From Protoeuglena noctilucae (lineage: Eukaryota), in assembly GCA_958009085.1 (NCBI GenBank), contig OY253677.1, positions 124,001-188,000 on the forward strand: a stretch of 64,000 nucleotides of DNA, given 5' to 3'. This document shows positions 61,398-64,000 of this stretch, piece by piece. The stretch's first letter is position 1; each line of letters opens with the position of its first letter. The position numbers were made by a program, and so were the translations under genes. The notes beneath the pieces were generated by a model. The model ran no database searches and was not told the origin of the DNA. It saw nothing but the letters and a program-made list of their open reading frames with translations.

Positions 61398-62458
61398 GGT
61401 GAGTCCCGCCACTGCTGGCAAGCCCTCCAAGGCGCGTCTGAAGCGGGAAGGGGTGCAAGCGAGACGATCATAACGACTCTGTGAAGCAGGTCCGGAAAGC
61501 GGGCCCAGCCGGGCAGGCACCGCGGAAAGGGCACTGACGCTCCGCGCGTCGTGATGGCGGGTGCGGGAGCGAGGTATACTGGGGCACTCCCGGCGCGCAA
61601 CATGGGGAGCTCCCCAGGCCAAACATCATGCATCGAGTGTCAGGTCCCGGCTCCGACGCGCACTCTAGCTCCAGGACGCTTCAGGCGGAAAAACGCCACG
61701 CGCGTCCGCGTGCGGGTTGCACATCGCGCGAGCACAACACAGTGACGGGATAAGCGACCAGACCGCGGCCGGCAGCGAGGTGGATGGGGGAGAAGGGTGG
61801 TTGGACGGCCAACCTTCGATGCCGGCGAATCGGCAGGTCCTTCGGCCCAAGACGAAGGCGAATGAAAAGGTGGGACGATGCGCGTTTCCGGGACGCGAGG
61901 CGCCCACGCAAACGCGAACCCCCGGCGAACACCCACAAGGAAGGCCGATGCGATTCGCGCGACAGCCCCCGTGCGAAGACAGACAATAAACAAGCCGACT
62001 GTGCGGTCGATTCGCGCCGCAGACGGTCCCGCCAGCGTGCTCCGCCCCGAAAAGTGCCACGCGAGCAGACCGCTTGCCTGATTGATTCTCTGAAGATGCA
62101 CAGGGGGAAAATCACATTCGACTCGAGTGCGGGGTTGGATACGACTGCTCCTGTGACCGGGCGCCTACAAAACGCCTTCGTAGCGCCGGCCTCCTATAAC
62201 TACGCGGACAGCGACAGTGACAGTGCACAGTAAAGAGCACCTGCCGCACCTCAGCCTGGGCATGAGCGGCAAAGCGTGGTGAGAACTGCATGTCAGTGCA
62301 ACAGGGGCAGGTGAAAGCACCGCCGCCACCCTCGGCGTATCCGCAGCGCCGTTGCGGTCAAGACAAGAGGACTTGAGGGGCTAACCCGAGGGTACTCGTC
62401 AGGTGGCCTGCGTGTCCGGCCGCGCAGGTTTGCATGCCCTGGACACACATGCGCAGGG

Positions 62459-64000
62459 ATGGGCAAGGTGAGGCTGAGGTCCGCCTTTATAACCACGCGC
62501 ATTGATTGTGCAGGATACCGGGAGCTGTCGGACGTCGGAAGGCACGCCGGACGCGCGCGATTTCAACCAGCCTGGGTGGTCCCACCCCACGGCCCCTCGT
62601 CGCGACCCGCGACCCTGCGTGCCCGCAGAGACCTCCCAAACGCTCGGTTGAGCCTCCTCTGGGCGTGCGGGGCCTCGAGTCCTACTATGCCGCCGCCGGC
62701 GGCCTCTTGCGTGGCCAGCAGGGGCACAGCGTGGACACAGGCCCTCGAGTTGGAGCTGGAGCACCCGCGCCGGCGCCCCAAGGTCAGACTGGCGGGTGCT
62801 GAAATTCAACTGCTTTGCGCCATTGCTCGGTGGCCACCGTTCCGTCGCAAACGTCCCAGAGTGGTTCTCCCATCCCCGCCGCAGTCGGTCGGGACGCTGG
62901 GGCGGCAGATGCTGGTATCCCCGCGTCCCCGCGCTTGGGGAGTAAGCGGGCCGCGTCGGCGCAGGTGGTGGGCGATTTGCGGGCCACGCTCGCCGTCCCC
63001 CAGCACCCCGCGTGCAGCCAGGAGGAGCCCGTTGTGACGTGGCAGGAGGCACGCCCGTGGGCTGGCGGAGCCGCCCATGCGTCCAGCAGCCCGGCCAAGC
63101 GGCTGCGGACGGCTCTTGGGGTCGGCCCGTGGGTGGAGCAGCCTGTCAGGGCCGTGGGACCTTTGAAAGCCACGCATGGCTCCCCAACCCGTGCCACCAC
63201 GGCAGTGGATGCGCCTGCCGAGGGTCGCTGGGGACGGCGTCCCGCCCCTCACCACACCGGCGTCTCTCCCGACGGAGCCGGCGTTCGCAGCCCCGTTGAC
63301 CGCGCCGGGGCCGCGCTTGGCGCGGGCGGGGGTGCCGCGCCGGGTAGCGCGGGAAGGGGGGACCTTTTGCGGGTGCTAGACGCGGTGGAGCGGATGGTGC
63401 GGGAGGGGCAGGAGGTGGACGAGGCGACGCTGCACGAGGTGAGTGTGTGTGGAGGGGGGAGGGGTTGTATCGATGAGAGCGAGGCAGTAGTGGTGCTCAT
63501 CGCGACACAACCAGGCTGCTCTGCCCTCGCAGCTTGGCTCGACTATTCTGCACTTCGGGGACGTGGTGACGGGGCAGACGCCCCCGGAGCATGCGGATGA
63601 AGAAGGGAAGGAGAATGTGCCGCCCTCCGCGGCGGATGCATCGGGTGGTGAGGTGGGGGAGCAGCTGGCATGTGCGACGGGGAGAGGCATGGGACCATCG
63701 CAAGACTCGTGCACGGCGTCGCGGGCGTGCCGGGCCGTGCAAGGGCTGTCAGCGGGGGCACACGGGGGCTCGCAGGCGCACTCGGGGGTCCCGCATGCCT
63801 GTGGGCCCGACAGGGGCGGGGCGGGGTCCCAGAAGCCACGGGTGTCCTTGGGGACGGTCGACCGGCAGTTACTGGTGAGTAGCTGCGCGTGGATGGGGCG
63901 TGCTGCGGGGTAGATGACTACCTGTCCGCAACACGCGTCCCTGCGCTCTGCCCCGACACAGGCGTTGATGGAGGCGGGGCTGCTGGACGGGCCGCTGATG
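62459..64000 (+). CDS. 5' part of a spliced gene with a disordered N-terminus (continues beyond the window); possibly DNA2-like N-terminus
   Basis: ORFs 62815..63600 and 63563..63913 are linked by GTGAGT...CAG introns (63439-63532, 63875-63961). Motifs 'VVTWQEARP', 'RGDLLRVLDAVERMV' and KEN. Start uncertain. Confidence 0.5.

Overview
GC-rich eukaryotic nuclear DNA with short (~80-130 nt) spliceosomal introns. It most likely comes from a flagellated green alga, inferred from a DRC11/IQCA1 gene and a plant/algal-type TRF-like Myb gene. Bases 1-13.6 kb are a decayed-TE zone: a CACTA-like transposase relic, a GT77-type glycosyltransferase pseudogene interrupted by a truncated Ty3/Gypsy element, and a near-perfect 5.7-kb inverted duplication centred on a 200-N gap (probably an assembly artefact). 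Bases 14.6-24.9 kb hold three ordinary genes (TRF-like Myb, hypothetical, DRC11). Bases 26.6-61.4 kb hold two tail-to-tail giant type-I membrane protein genes. One is a ~7,900-aa adhesin-like protein with bacterial-type cadherin-like repeats, TSP1, EGF and a TM helix. The other is a ~2,400-2,500-aa membrane-tethered proteinase-K-type subtilase with Ig-like repeats and a Pro/Ser/Thr stalk. Both carry RRL motifs and both have fresh-looking frameshifts in this assembly. Roughly 30% of the introns I could reconstruct use GC donors. All gene models and domain calls were made by eye, without database searches.
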